Below, piece by piece: positions 18,371 through 27,902 of a stretch of 64,000 nucleotides of DNA. Each line of letters opens with the position of its first letter. Positions within the stretch are counted from its first letter, which is position 1. Origin of the DNA: an uncultured Nitrososphaerota archaeon (GTDB lineage Archaea; Thermoproteota; Nitrososphaeria; Nitrososphaerales; Gagatemarchaeaceae); contig CAVRAG010000004.1 in NCBI GenBank assembly GCA_963718895.1, positions 288,001 to 352,000 on the forward strand, in the 5' to 3' direction. A program made the position numbers and the translations under genes. The notes below the pieces were generated by a model. The model saw only the letters and a list, made by a program, of their open reading frames with translations, ran no database searches and had not been told where the DNA came from.

Positions 18371-18499
18371 AGCCGAACGAGGACCAGTCGCATCACGCTG
18401 TCAAATTCGTCATATCTGTTATCCGGAGATAACCTCCTGACCCGTGTGACTCTCCGTCTCAGAATATTGAAATGGGTTGTCTAAGGAAGGCCCTTCCTG

Positions 18500-19402
18500 A
18501 TGAATCGGGACGCGCTCCCCTTGGTCGTCAAGATCAGAAAGGCGAAGCCTTCTGATAAGGGCCCTCTCCTGGATTTCATCAAGGACGTGTGGGGAGGTCA
18601 CGACTACATCCCGGGAGTGTGGGACGAGTGGCTCGCGGACACCAGAGCGAAGATGTTCGTGATCGAGGTCGACGGAACGCAGGTCGGGATGGACAGGATG
18701 CGCTTCCTTCCCGACGGGTCGGGTTGGCTCGAGGGAGTGAGGATTCATCCGGACTACAGAGGACGGGGGCTCGCCTCCATGCTCGGAATCCACTCGATGA
18801 AGGCGGGTGCGAGGAACGGCGTCGCCGTATACCGACTGGCCACGTATAGCCGGAACAAATCCGCACGTAGACAGATATCAAAGATGGGTTTCGGGGAGAT
18901 AGCTAGGGCCAACTTCTATGAGCCTGAACCCGGCGCTAGGTTTCCGAGACAGAAGGGCGTGTGGATGGCGGAGAAGAGAGAGCTCCCAGAGATCTTGGAA
19001 ATGGTGAGCGGGTCGAAAGAGTACAAGCTCGGAGCAGGCGTCTATTGGGACGTCTCCGCGGCAGTGAGGCTCGCGCCGAACGTCCTGGCAGACTTGATCG
19101 GAGACGGATCGGTCTTCCGAACCGATGGCGCCGTCGCGGTCGCAAGAATTGGTGCTCAGGGCGGGGAGTTGTGGAATCAGATCTGCTTCTTGACTGGCAG
19201 ACCTGAGGCTGCGGCGAGGCTTGTGAAACACCTGCTGGCGAAGAAGGATGAGGTCAAGATGAGCTGGACTGTCGCGTACCTGCCACGGGGTTCGCCCCTC
19301 GCCGGGACGCTCAAGGAAATTGGCATGAAGAGAACCCAGTCTCTCCTGCTGTTCGAGGGTATGGCACCGGACCCGGTAGGGAAGCGGAAACAGAGGGACT
19401 GA
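18500..19402 (+). CDS. GNAT-family N-acetyltransferase
   Basis: WGGHDYIP, WLEGVRIHPDYRGRGLAS and KMGF motifs. Confidence 0.85.
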   Translation: MNRDALPLVVKIRKAKPSDKGPLLDFIKDVWGGHDYIPGVWDEWLADTRAKMFVIEVDGTQVGMDRMRFLPDGSGWLEGVRIHPDYRGRGLASMLGIHSMKAGARNGVAVYRLATYSRNKSARRQISKMGFGEIARANFYEPEPGARFPRQKGVWMAEKRELPEILEMVSGSKEYKLGAGVYWDVSAAVRLAPNVLADLIGDGSVFRTDGAVAVARIGAQGGELWNQICFLTGRPEAAARLVKHLLAKKDEVKMSWTVAYLPRGSPLAGTLKEIGMKRTQSLLLFEGMAPDPVGKRKQRD

Positions 19403-19427
19403 CCAGCAAGACCATATCCACCCTCGG

Positions 19428-19868
19428 ATGATGTTGCGTGGGCGACAGAGAATGGTCAAGGCCGTTCGCATAATGAATTCGGTCGTAATGTTCCTGTATC
19501 GCGCTTCCGGTGGGAGAGTCGCGGCCAGGATGCAGAAGGCACCAATCATGCTCCTCACGACCATGGGCTCCAAGAGCGGTAAGCCCAGGACGAACCCAGT
19601 CCTCTACGTCGTCGACGGCGATGACCTAGCGACCGTCGCCTCGGCGGGAGGCGCCGAGAAGGACCCCTCCTGGTTCGTGAACCTGATGCACACTCCTCAG
19701 GCCACTGTCACGATAAAGCGCGAGACGAGGAAGGTGCGCGGAAGAAGGGCCACCCCCGAGGAGCGTGCGAGGCTGTGGCCGCGCCTCGCGGCCGTTTACA
19801 CTACCTACAACGACTACGCCAAGAAGACCAAGCGGGAGATCCCGGTGGTCATACTCTCCCCCGCTTGA
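19428..19868 (+). CDS. F420-dependent (deazaflavin) nitroreductase/oxidoreductase, Ddn family
   Basis: LLTTMGSKSGKPRTNPV, VASAGG...PSWFVNL and Y..KTKREIPVVIL motifs. Confidence 0.88.
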   Translation: MMLRGRQRMVKAVRIMNSVVMFLYRASGGRVAARMQKAPIMLLTTMGSKSGKPRTNPVLYVVDGDDLATVASAGGAEKDPSWFVNLMHTPQATVTIKRETRKVRGRRATPEERARLWPRLAAVYTTYNDYAKKTKREIPVVILSPA

Positions 19869-19951
19869 AGGTGTCCAGCGCTTTCGGTCTCGTAGGCATA
19901 CGAGAACCCTAATTAAGGGACGGTCGAGCGCAAGTTCAGGTTAAGCGGCAA

Positions 19952-20989
19952 TTGACGGTATGGATCGATGAGGATAAGGTATTCAGGCTGATCAGGGAAC
20001 GAAAACCCAAGGGCATAGTGGTCAACGCTCCCGGCGGCCTACTGCGGCAGACGAGGACCCTCATCGAGAAGATAGAGGCGGAGTATGGCATCCCCTGCTT
20101 CCTCGTCGGAGACTCGTGCTTCGGGATATGCGACACCATGGATGACGATGTCACCAAGCTCGGTGCCGATCTGGCGCTGCACATCGGTCACAACGCTGTC
20201 GTCGAGGAGATCGGCGATTTCACCCATCTCATAGACGCCAAAGACGACGTCAAGTTCGACGCGATCATAGAGAAATCCATCCCTATCTTCAAGCAGTACA
20301 AGCGGATAGGCCTTGCGACCTTCAGCCAGCACCTCGACGAGCTGGAGCCGGCGAGGAAGCAGCTTGAGGCTGCCGGACTAGAGGTACACCTCGGCAGGAA
20401 GAACAACCTCCTCCTCCAGTCCCAGACCTTCGGCTGCGACTTCTCGACGATCTATCCGATGTCCAAGGAGGTCGACGCCTTCTGCTACCTTGGAGAGAGC
20501 GAGTTCCACGCCGTCGGGGTCGCACTTGCCACGGGGAAGCCCACGTACCTTCTCGACCCCTACCTGGAGGAGATACGCGACATGAAGGAGGAGGCTGAGA
20601 TTCGAAGGAAGCGCTCCATACTCGCCGTGTACAAGGCGCTGGACGCGCGCGTCTTCGGCGTCGTCACCGGGCTCAAGGAGGGCCAGAAGATGCTTGGGCG
20701 GTCCAGATGGATATCGAAGAGGCTCGAGATGAACGGAAGGAAGGTCGTACAGCTCGCGATGCGGGACATAACCCCGGACCGGTTGGCCCCCTTCAGAGAC
20801 ATAGAGGCGTTCGTCCAGACGGCGTGCCCCAGGATATCGATAGATGGGTTCACGTTCGACAGGCCGGTCCTCTCCATACCGCAGGCGGACGCGCTGGTCG
20901 GATTGATGGAAGGGAGGGGGATGGGGGAGTTCCTAGAAAGACCTAAGTGGATTGAGTTGACCACCGGATTGATACCAAAGTCGAGATGA
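19952..20989 (+). CDS. dph2: Diphthamide biosynthesis radical-SAM-type enzyme Dph2
   Basis: DSCFGICD, HIGH, QTFGCDF and TACPRISID (three Fe-S Cys). Confidence 0.92.
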   Translation: MTVWIDEDKVFRLIRERKPKGIVVNAPGGLLRQTRTLIEKIEAEYGIPCFLVGDSCFGICDTMDDDVTKLGADLALHIGHNAVVEEIGDFTHLIDAKDDVKFDAIIEKSIPIFKQYKRIGLATFSQHLDELEPARKQLEAAGLEVHLGRKNNLLLQSQTFGCDFSTIYPMSKEVDAFCYLGESEFHAVGVALATGKPTYLLDPYLEEIRDMKEEAEIRRKRSILAVYKALDARVFGVVTGLKEGQKMLGRSRWISKRLEMNGRKVVQLAMRDITPDRLAPFRDIEAFVQTACPRISIDGFTFDRPVLSIPQADALVGLMEGRGMGEFLERPKWIELTTGLIPKSR

Positions 20990-21558
20990 AGATGAGCGAG
21001 AACAAGCAATCGAGAGCACTGCCGGGAGACGCGCTTGCGGTCTCAGAGGAATACCTGCCTGGGAACAACGCGTATGACGCGGACGGGACCATCAGGGCGC
21101 TGCAGGCCGGAATCGTCGTGAAGGACCTCCAGCAGAGGGAGATCAACATAAAGTCGACAGCGGTGCCGAAGGTCCCGAGCGTGGGGGACGTCGTCACCGG
21201 GCAGATCGAGGTCGCCCAGTCGAGCACCTCCAACCTCAAGATATACTACCTGAACGGGAAGCCGACCCAGGGTGGCTTTGTCGGGATAATCTTCCTCAGG
21301 GAGGAGAGGGGAGGAAGGGGGATGAGGAGGACGGCCGTGAAGCTCGGCGACATTGTGAGGGCCAGGGTGATTAGCACGATGAACGCGATGATCCACCTCT
21401 CCGTAGGCGAGCCCCATCTCGGCGTGATCGCCTCCCTCTGCAGCAACTGCGGAAGGCCGCTGACGCTGAGCGGCGGAAGGGCGCAGTGCAACAACTGCGG
21501 CAACGTGGAGGATCGGAAGTTCGCCGACGACTTCGGCAGAGAGCCGATCCAACCGTGA
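20986..21558 (+). CDS. csl4: Exosome RNA-binding protein Csl4
   Basis: PGD.L...EEYLPG, S1 domain GDIVRARVIS, C-terminal CxxC...CxxC..EDRK. Confidence 0.92.
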   Translation: MKMSENKQSRALPGDALAVSEEYLPGNNAYDADGTIRALQAGIVVKDLQQREINIKSTAVPKVPSVGDVVTGQIEVAQSSTSNLKIYYLNGKPTQGGFVGIIFLREERGGRGMRRTAVKLGDIVRARVISTMNAMIHLSVGEPHLGVIASLCSNCGRPLTLSGGRAQCNNCGNVEDRKFADDFGREPIQP

Positions 21559-21594
21559 CCTTAATAATACCCTGAATTCGGACGGGTCAGAACA

Positions 21595-21882
21595 ATGCAA
21601 GTCCAGGTGTTGCGAGAGGGCGAGAGGGAGTTCACGGTAGAGGTCACTGGCGAGGACTACTCCCTCGGAGAGATAATCCATCACGAACTCTTGGACGAGA
21701 AGAACGTGACCTTCGCCGGCGTCCTCCCGCCGCATCCCCTGATCAAGAAGCTGGTGGTCAAGGTGCGGGCTCAGAGGATAAAGCCGGAGAAGGCGTTCCT
21801 GAGCAGTCTGGAGAGGGCCCAGAGCAACACCCACGAGCTGCTGGAAGCCGTGAACAAGGCGTTCACCGGTGGAGCGGAATGA
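21595..21882 (+). CDS. rpoL: RNA polymerase subunit Rpo11 (L)
   Basis: GEDYSLG...V.FAG...PHPL; csl4-rpoL-tfs order. Confidence 0.88.
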   Translation: MQVQVLREGEREFTVEVTGEDYSLGEIIHHELLDEKNVTFAGVLPPHPLIKKLVVKVRAQRIKPEKAFLSSLERAQSNTHELLEAVNKAFTGGAE

Positions 21883-22223
21883 AGTTCTGTCCAAAGTGTG
21901 GCACCAGACTCAAGCTGAAGCAGATCAGGTCGGACAAGAGCAGCGTCATGACCTACGTCTGCGATAACTGCGGCTTCTCTGACAAGGCAGGCAAGACCGT
22001 GACCCAGACGACCGAGGATGAACTGGCTGACGCTCCGGTCATAAAGGTCGTCGGAGAGAAGGAAGGCAAGCTCACCTCCCTCCCGACCACGAAGATAGAG
22101 TGCCCCAAGTGCGGACATGGCGAGGCCATGTGGTGGTTCCTGCAGACCCGGAGCGGGGATGAGCCGCCGACCCAGTTCTATCGCTGCATGAAGTGCAACC
22201 ACACGTGGCGATCCTATTCATAG
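21879..22223 (+). CDS. tfs: Transcription factor S (TFS)
   Basis: MKFCPKCG and CPKCGH...QTRSGDEPPTQFYRC motifs. Confidence 0.95.
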   Translation: MKFCPKCGTRLKLKQIRSDKSSVMTYVCDNCGFSDKAGKTVTQTTEDELADAPVIKVVGEKEGKLTSLPTTKIECPKCGHGEAMWWFLQTRSGDEPPTQFYRCMKCNHTWRSYS

Positions 22224-22278
22224 CTCTCGACGCCCGTTGGGCGATTTTTGGGCGGCTGCCGACCCACCGCAGAACTTC

Positions 22279-22842
22279 CTAGACCGAGTCCTTCGTGTAG
22301 ACGATGCTTGCGTCTCCGTTCGAGATCAGGACCTCGGCGTTGGCCGAGGGTATCTCAGCCACGTCGTGGACCCTGAACGGGCCATACCGGTTCAGGTCGA
22401 AGCCGACGACCTCCCCGAGCGGCCTCAGGAAGCGGACGGTCACCTTCTTCCGCATCTGCTCCTTCTGCAGAATCGTGAACGTGGACTGCTGGCCGTTGGC
22501 CATGGCCTTCACGAACCTGCCGCGCATCCTCTCAAACTCCATGTAGAACTCGCACACGAACTTCTCTTCCGGGAGGAGGTCTCTGATGTCATGCCTGCTC
22601 ACGGCTTTGGCGATCCTGTGGTCGAGGAGCTGTCCGCCCATCCCCTCCAGAAGGGAGAGCTGCTTTCTCGTAAGCCTGCTGAGAGGGTCGTCGGCCGTGG
22701 CGTCGCTCCCCTTGCGCAGCTTCTGCACGTAGGTCGCAACCCTGGTGTAGGTGTCGGCGGGCAGCTTCGTGAGCTGCTCCGACTGCTCCTCCGCGTCGAG
22801 CAGCCGCTTCAGGACCTCTATCGTCTCTTCTTCTGTCCTCAA
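22279..22842 (-). CDS. gins15: GINS subunit (Gins15/51)
   Basis: LTKLPADTY, LLPEEK and C-terminal B domain VGFDLNRYGPF..DVAEIP..NA; downstream of priS. Confidence 0.85.
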   Translation of the reverse strand: MRTEEETIEVLKRLLDAEEQSEQLTKLPADTYTRVATYVQKLRKGSDATADDPLSRLTRKQLSLLEGMGGQLLDHRIAKAVSRHDIRDLLPEEKFVCEFYMEFERMRGRFVKAMANGQQSTFTILQKEQMRKKVTVRFLRPLGEVVGFDLNRYGPFRVHDVAEIPSANAEVLISNGDASIVYTKDSV

Positions 22843-23915
22843 TTGATCGCGCCCAGCCCTCTTGCCAGAAGGAATACCGCTGCGTAAATAGGTATCTGGA
22901 CCGTCGAGTCGTTGTAGGGGCCGAACCTGACCCCGTTGAGGAAGAATTCAGGCGAGTAGTAGATTCGCACCGCGACGGTCTCGCCGCCAAGGACCACAGG
23001 GTCCTTCTGCGGGTCGAACTTCTCCAGGGATGCGATCCTCATCTTCAGGAGCCCCGAGCTGCCGTGGAGGGTCCCGGGCATCCGGAACACGCGGTGTATG
23101 TCGGTCGTCACAGATTCGTCTATGAGCGCAGCATTGGCTGCTATGATCTGGTTCGTGAGTTTCTGGGTCCTCTTTGGACTGGGGGTGCCCCCCTCGGTCG
23201 CCTTTGCCAGGAACAGGCTGGTCCTCCGGCTCCAGCCCAGCTCCACATGACTGGTCACCCTGTCCTGCACCTTGAGGTTGAGGCCGCTGCCCCTGATGTA
23301 GTTGGCTATCTCGGCCCTCGTCTTGGGGTCTGCGGTCTCGAACCTCTTGTCGCTCACGTGGGCATGGTACCCTCTGTTGCCCGAGAAGTACAGCTGGATG
23401 TCCTCGCGGTCTATCCCGAAGTCGTCCTGAAGGAAGTCCACGAGCCGCTTCACGTGCTCTTTGGTCGCATTGAGGCACTCCCGGCAGCTCCAATGCACCT
23501 GCTCGAGGGTCTGGCCCTGGCAGCCCGGGCACTTCGCAGGCTTCGTCCCCATGCCACCCTTGTGGCAGTTGTTGCAGAACCACCACGTGTGCCTGGTCTT
23601 GCAGGATGTGGGAATGGCATCGGCGTCTATGTCGAAGATCAGCTCGGCTCCCTTCCACCCCTTCTCGTCCATCTGAAGGGTCGGACTTTCGTAGACCGCG
23701 TTCGAGCAGTAGACGGAAGAGGGCGCCTGCTTCACCAGCTCCGCGAAGAGCTCCCCTCCGTTCTTGAACGAGAGGTGCCTTATCATGCCGCCTCCGAACG
23801 GGATGTAGCCGAACTCCCTTGAGGCCATCTCCGATGGGATCTCGACCAGGTCGTGGCGTTTGAAGTAGTGTCCACGATAGACCTTGCGAAGGAAGGAGAC
23901 GACCTTTTCATCCAT
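22839..23915 (-). CDS. priS: DNA primase small subunit
   Basis: REFG, ELIFDIDAD, YFSGNRGYH and IDESVTTDIHRVFRMPGTLH motifs; Zn-binding insert. Confidence 0.95.
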   Translation of the reverse strand: MDEKVVSFLRKVYRGHYFKRHDLVEIPSEMASREFGYIPFGGGMIRHLSFKNGGELFAELVKQAPSSVYCSNAVYESPTLQMDEKGWKGAELIFDIDADAIPTSCKTRHTWWFCNNCHKGGMGTKPAKCPGCQGQTLEQVHWSCRECLNATKEHVKRLVDFLQDDFGIDREDIQLYFSGNRGYHAHVSDKRFETADPKTRAEIANYIRGSGLNLKVQDRVTSHVELGWSRRTSLFLAKATEGGTPSPKRTQKLTNQIIAANAALIDESVTTDIHRVFRMPGTLHGSSGLLKMRIASLEKFDPQKDPVVLGGETVAVRIYYSPEFFLNGVRFGPYNDSTVQIPIYAAVFLLARGLGAIN

Positions 23916-24068
23916 CGGGAATCGGCGCCAGCGGGATGGCTAAAAACGAATTGTTTCGGGTGCCGGGCACCGAACCCCGACGTGAGGGTGTTCACCGGCC
24001 CTAGGACGATTGACCCCGGCCACAAAACAACGCTTTAAGATTCTGTTACTCCCCACTCTCAATTCCAC

Positions 24069-25172
24069 ATGGAAGGTATCACGGACCGCCGCCTCTCTAA
24101 CCAGCGCATCACGCTCGACTCTACGGTGAAGTCTCCAGAAGATGTGCTGACCTCCCTGGGTGCCATCCAAGCACAGGATTACGCGGCCGCACTGTGGGCC
24201 ATAGGCCTGCGGTGCAAGGACTCCACGAGAGAAGATGTGGAGAAGGCCATAGCCGAGAAGAGGATTTCCCGCACGTGGCTGATGCGCGGCACTCTCCACT
24301 TCGCCTCGTCCCAGGACGTCCACTGGATGCTCAATCTCTTCGCTCCCCGACTGGTCAACACCGCCATAGCAAGGGACCGACACTTGGGCCTCAGCGACGA
24401 TGCCGTCACGAAGGCCGAGAGCCTGTTCGCGAAGGCGCTCAAAGGCAACGGCCGGCTCACAAGGAGCGGTATGTACGAGGTACTCGAGAAGGGCGGCCTC
24501 CAGATTCCCGGGAATCTCGGTTACCACATGCTTTACAGGGCCGCCTGGGATGGCGTGATATGTTTCGGACCGCACGATGGGAAGCAGCCGACGTTCGAGC
24601 TCTTGGACGAGCGAATCGCAAAGAGGAGGCCGCTTTCCAGTGAGCAGGCTCTGACCGAGCTGGTCACCCGGTACTTCACCAGCCATGGGCCGGCCACCAT
24701 CAAGGACTATGCGTGGTGGTCTGGGCTCAGAATTTCAGATGCCATGGTGGGCATAGAGGGGGCGTCCAGAAGGCTTGTTTCGGAGAAGATAGCTGGGAAG
24801 ACGTACTACAAGGCTAGGAAGTTGCCGAGGGTCGACAAAGGTGAGGGCGAGGTGCACCTCCTGCCGGCGTTCGATGAGTACCTCTTGGGCTACAGCGACA
24901 GATCAGCCATGCTCGGTAACGAGGACACACAGGAGATGCTGCGAAGTGGGAAGCTGTTCTTCACGCACAGCAACGGGATATTCCTTCCTGTGGTGGTGGC
25001 CGACGGGGAGGTTGTTGGTACGTGGAGAAGGAGGAACGAAAAGGACAGAGTGATTGTGATGGTAAAGCCGTTCGTGAAGCTGGATGAGAAGAGGGTGAAG
25101 GGAGTGAAGGAGGCCGCGGGAAGGTACGGGCACTTCCTCGAGACCCCGGTTGTCGTCATCTTTGACGACTAG
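24069..25172 (+). CDS. AlkZ/YcaQ-like (HTH_42) DNA glycosylase family
   Basis: AIQAQD, RTWLMRGTLH, YFTSHGPATIKDYAWWSGL and LLPAFDEYLLGY motifs. Confidence 0.88.
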   Translation: MEGITDRRLSNQRITLDSTVKSPEDVLTSLGAIQAQDYAAALWAIGLRCKDSTREDVEKAIAEKRISRTWLMRGTLHFASSQDVHWMLNLFAPRLVNTAIARDRHLGLSDDAVTKAESLFAKALKGNGRLTRSGMYEVLEKGGLQIPGNLGYHMLYRAAWDGVICFGPHDGKQPTFELLDERIAKRRPLSSEQALTELVTRYFTSHGPATIKDYAWWSGLRISDAMVGIEGASRRLVSEKIAGKTYYKARKLPRVDKGEGEVHLLPAFDEYLLGYSDRSAMLGNEDTQEMLRSGKLFFTHSNGIFLPVVVADGEVVGTWRRRNEKDRVIVMVKPFVKLDEKRVKGVKEAAGRYGHFLETPVVVIFDD

Positions 25173-25337
25173 CGCTGAAGGGGAGCGAACCGCATATTTT
25201 GGCAAGGACTTCAATGGAACGACTTCTCTATGGAAGAGAGAATCTCCTGCTGACCAGGTGCCGTGGTCGGTGACCCTGAGGAGACGCCAGTGCCATCCTT
25301 GACCGAGGCAAGCCAGGTGGGCAAAAGCGGATTTTCG

Positions 25338-25357
25338 CGCGGACATAACTATTAATC
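25338..25357 (+). promoter_or_regulatory. Conserved 20-bp accessory-gene element
   Basis: CGCGGACATAACTATTAATC, about 40 nt before ATG 25398. Confidence 0.7.
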
Positions 25358-25397
25358 AACGGTAAATCTTGAACGTCTTCGAGGCCTGATTCTCCGG

Positions 25398-26111
25398 ATG
25401 AGCGCTACCCCAGCCCGAAGCTACACTCGCATCGCAATCGCCGTCGTCGTAGCGGCCGTCGTGATCGGGGCAGGAATAGTCGCCTCCATGTATCTCGCAG
25501 CGACGGCGACATCGACAGGTACGGTGACCGTCGGGCCCAGCCTCGCCCGGCTCTGCAACGAGCAGGTGTGGAGCGCCGGCAGCTCCCAGAGCAATGGGGA
25601 GGTCCCGGTGCTCCTCATGCAGCCCCTGTCGACGGCCTACGTCTGCGTGACCTACCAGTCGGAGTGGCAGGGAAGCGCGAACCAATATCACAGTGAGTAC
25701 ACTAGTGGCGGGACGGATCAGCTCGGCCTCTACATGAGTCCGGGACACTGCATGATGGTCGCGGTAGGGTCCAACGGGGAATCGGTCAGCTGCGCCGCCG
25801 GGGCCCCTAACCCCTTCATGACCAGCGGCCCCTTCTCGTTCCAGCCGTCGGCTGCCACCGACTACGTGACTGTGGTGTTCACGGTCAGCTCGCTGGGCAA
25901 CTCGACGGGGTTCTACGACTATGCGCCGTCGAATTCCTGTGGCTCGATGCCGATGGCGGTGGGTTACACGGCCTCCCAGCTGAACGCATCGGACTTCGGT
26001 CCCAGGGTACAGCCTCAGGGGTGCATGCCGCTCGCGTTGGAGCCCTCGTCTGTGAGCGTCGGCGGGATGAGCGTGGCACACGTCGCGCTCGAAGGCGCCT
26101 TCGACCTATGA
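25398..26111 (+). CDS. Exported Cys-rich hypothetical protein (RSY-anchor type)
   Basis: PARSYTRIAIAVVVAAVVIGAGIVAS anchor; six Cys. Confidence 0.7.
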   Translation: MSATPARSYTRIAIAVVVAAVVIGAGIVASMYLAATATSTGTVTVGPSLARLCNEQVWSAGSSQSNGEVPVLLMQPLSTAYVCVTYQSEWQGSANQYHSEYTSGGTDQLGLYMSPGHCMMVAVGSNGESVSCAAGAPNPFMTSGPFSFQPSAATDYVTVVFTVSSLGNSTGFYDYAPSNSCGSMPMAVGYTASQLNASDFGPRVQPQGCMPLALEPSSVSVGGMSVAHVALEGAFDL

Positions 26112-26133
26112 GATGCAGGTCAAGGCCTCGCTT

Positions 26134-26395
26134 TATGTCGCTGGCCCTTCTGGCTCTGGGAGTCCTCACGACCGCCGCAGTGCTATTCAAAGTAAATTTC
26201 ACTCAGACCGGCTGCCAGCACGGTCCAGCCCCCAACCGCCTCAGGGCTGCGGCTACATCCCCCAACTGGTCCTGTTCGTCTGGGGCGAATACCTGGGGTT
26301 GGTCGACGACCTGTAGCTGATCTACCTCGGCTGCGCGGTCCTGGTCATCCGCTGGCTGGTGTACATTTGGCCGAGGGTCCTGAAGGAAAGCACCA
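26134..26395 (+). pseudogene. Possible degraded small membrane-protein gene
   Basis: Hydrophobic fragments in two frames (MSLALLALGVLTTAAVLF..., GCGYIPQLVLFVWG...DL*LIYLGCAVLVIRWLVYIW) with an internal stop. Confidence 0.3.
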
Positions 26396-26426
26396 AACTC
26401 CCATGAGGAGCGGCGCCTCCTGGCCG

Positions 26427-26448
26427 TTCGGACAAAGATGTATTAGTC
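26427..26448 (+). promoter_or_regulatory. Conserved element (spacer 2 nt longer)
   Basis: TTCGGACAAAGATGTATTAGTC, about 32 nt before TTG 26481. Confidence 0.6.
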
Positions 26449-26480
26449 GCAGAATTCGCCTTACCACAAGGCGCTTCGGT

Positions 26481-27530
26481 TTGAGCTCTCAGTCGGTTCG
26501 GAGCTATCGCATGATTGCCGCGGCGATAATCATAGCGGGTGTGCTGATTTCAGCGAGTCTGTTTGTCGCCATCGGAGGAGCGAAGACAACGACCGTCACA
26601 ACCACTTCGACCGCGACCTGCACCGACAGAGGCTCCAACGCCACGAACGTCTCCTCCACCGATTGCAACCTGGGGATCACCCTGGGCCTTGCGGTCACTC
26701 CAGAGGTCCTAGCGGGACGGAACGAGACCTTCCACCTCTCGGTGACCAACGACCTAGCAAGGAGTTCCACTGTCAACTACACCAGCCTCCCCACCCTCCC
26801 CAACGGCCCCGCGCTGTCTTCTGTCGCGGCGAGTGTCGACATGTTCCCTCCGCCCCCCATCTGCGGTTACCCATCATTAGGCAACTACGTACCTGCCTAC
26901 ATAGTGATTTACAACGGGGCGGGCGTCCCGGTCCAGCTGACCGACTCTGCCATAGCGACATTGAGCTGCCTGCACGAAACGGGTGATTCCCTCTCGTTCA
27001 ACGCCTTCCAGACCATCACGGAGGACCTCAGCATAGGGGGCGTGTGGACGAGCACGGACGTGGACCAGCCTTGGATCAACGCGACCTACAGCCAGTTCAG
27101 CCCCGGGAACTATTTCGTGGTAGCTTTCGACGCATGGGGCCAGCTCGCCGAGCTGAACTTCTCGGTCGGCCTCAGTCCCAACGCGGACTATCTGACGGCC
27201 GGGACCATCTGCACCGGGCCTGGAGGCTACGTGCCGTGCTTTGGTGGAAGCATGCCCAACAATACCCCATACTTCTTCAACTGCGCAGCCGCGGCAGCGA
27301 CGCCACAGGGTTGCACCCAGAAAGTGACCTACACTGGAGTGCCTCTGGTCAGCCAGGTGCCGAGCTATGTGATCAACATCAGGTTCACCAACCAGACGGC
27401 TCCGTGGTGGGCCAACTGCCTGTGGAGCGTGCAGGGGACAACAGCCGGGCAGGAGTATGGGTACTGCATGATGGTCAGCTCCACCTCGTTCGCATTGGGA
27501 GAGCCGACCCCGCCGCCGGTCGGTGGATGA
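26481..27530 (+). CDS. Exported Cys-rich protein (RSY-anchor type) sharing a domain with the 7526-8665 regulator
   Basis: RSYRMIAAAIIIAGVLISASLF anchor; FSPGNYFVVAFDAWG matches FSPGHYTMVAFDAFG. Confidence 0.75.
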   Translation: MSSQSVRSYRMIAAAIIIAGVLISASLFVAIGGAKTTTVTTTSTATCTDRGSNATNVSSTDCNLGITLGLAVTPEVLAGRNETFHLSVTNDLARSSTVNYTSLPTLPNGPALSSVAASVDMFPPPPICGYPSLGNYVPAYIVIYNGAGVPVQLTDSAIATLSCLHETGDSLSFNAFQTITEDLSIGGVWTSTDVDQPWINATYSQFSPGNYFVVAFDAWGQLAELNFSVGLSPNADYLTAGTICTGPGGYVPCFGGSMPNNTPYFFNCAAAAATPQGCTQKVTYTGVPLVSQVPSYVINIRFTNQTAPWWANCLWSVQGTTAGQEYGYCMMVSSTSFALGEPTPPPVGG

Positions 27531-27554
27531 CTCAGCACTGGCGCGCTGTTTACC

Positions 27555-27579
27555 TTGCCATGGCAACCGCTGTTAAATA
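27555..27579 (+). promoter_or_regulatory. TTGCCATGGCAA palindrome followed by TATA-like TTAAATA
   Basis: 12-bp palindrome at 27555-27566 and TTAAATA at 27573-27579. Confidence 0.45.
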
Positions 27580-27610
27580 TCGATCCGCCCTGTTCTTGTG
27601 CTAAAAACAA

Positions 27611-27691
27611 CGAACGACCGACGATTCGGACCCCGAAAGGGAACGGCATGAGAAGCTTGGCTTCTCAGGTCGTGCCGCACAGGATGCGGCA
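27611..27691 (+). ncRNA. Candidate structured RNA / leader upstream of the LAGLIDADG gene
   Basis: CCC-GAAA-GGG, TGAGAAGC-TTG-GCTTCTCA and TGCCGCA-CAGGA-TGCGGCA hairpins; long-range ACGACC/GGTCGT pairing. Confidence 0.35.
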
Positions 27692-27791
27692 AACTGGCGA
27701 CGTGCAACGGCCCCATCTTCGGCCATAAATCGCCTCAGAAGTCATTCGATTTCTTTCAACTGAACGGGTAGCAATCTGCAAATCCTCTATC

Positions 27792-27844
27792 GATGTTGCC
27801 AAACTCAGTGGCAATGTTGCCACCATGTTGCCATTGGCAACATC
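27792..27844. repeat. Nested inverted/direct repeat array of TGTTGCCA boxes
   Basis: GATGTTGCCAA...TTGGCAACATC outer IR, GTGGCAA-TG-TTGCCAC and ATGTTGCCA-T-TGGCAACAT. Confidence 0.75.
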
Positions 27845-27902
27845 TAGAATCCTGGGATAGCATGCCCTGTGGGGCTTTTCTAGGCTTCTGCACTCCTTTG
27901 CG

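Noticed and set aside
27554-27841. Match of GTTGCC-N-GGCAAC to the eukaryotic RFX X-box
   Set aside because: It is a short palindrome and no RFX-like protein is recognisable here. Kept only as an unassigned operator array.
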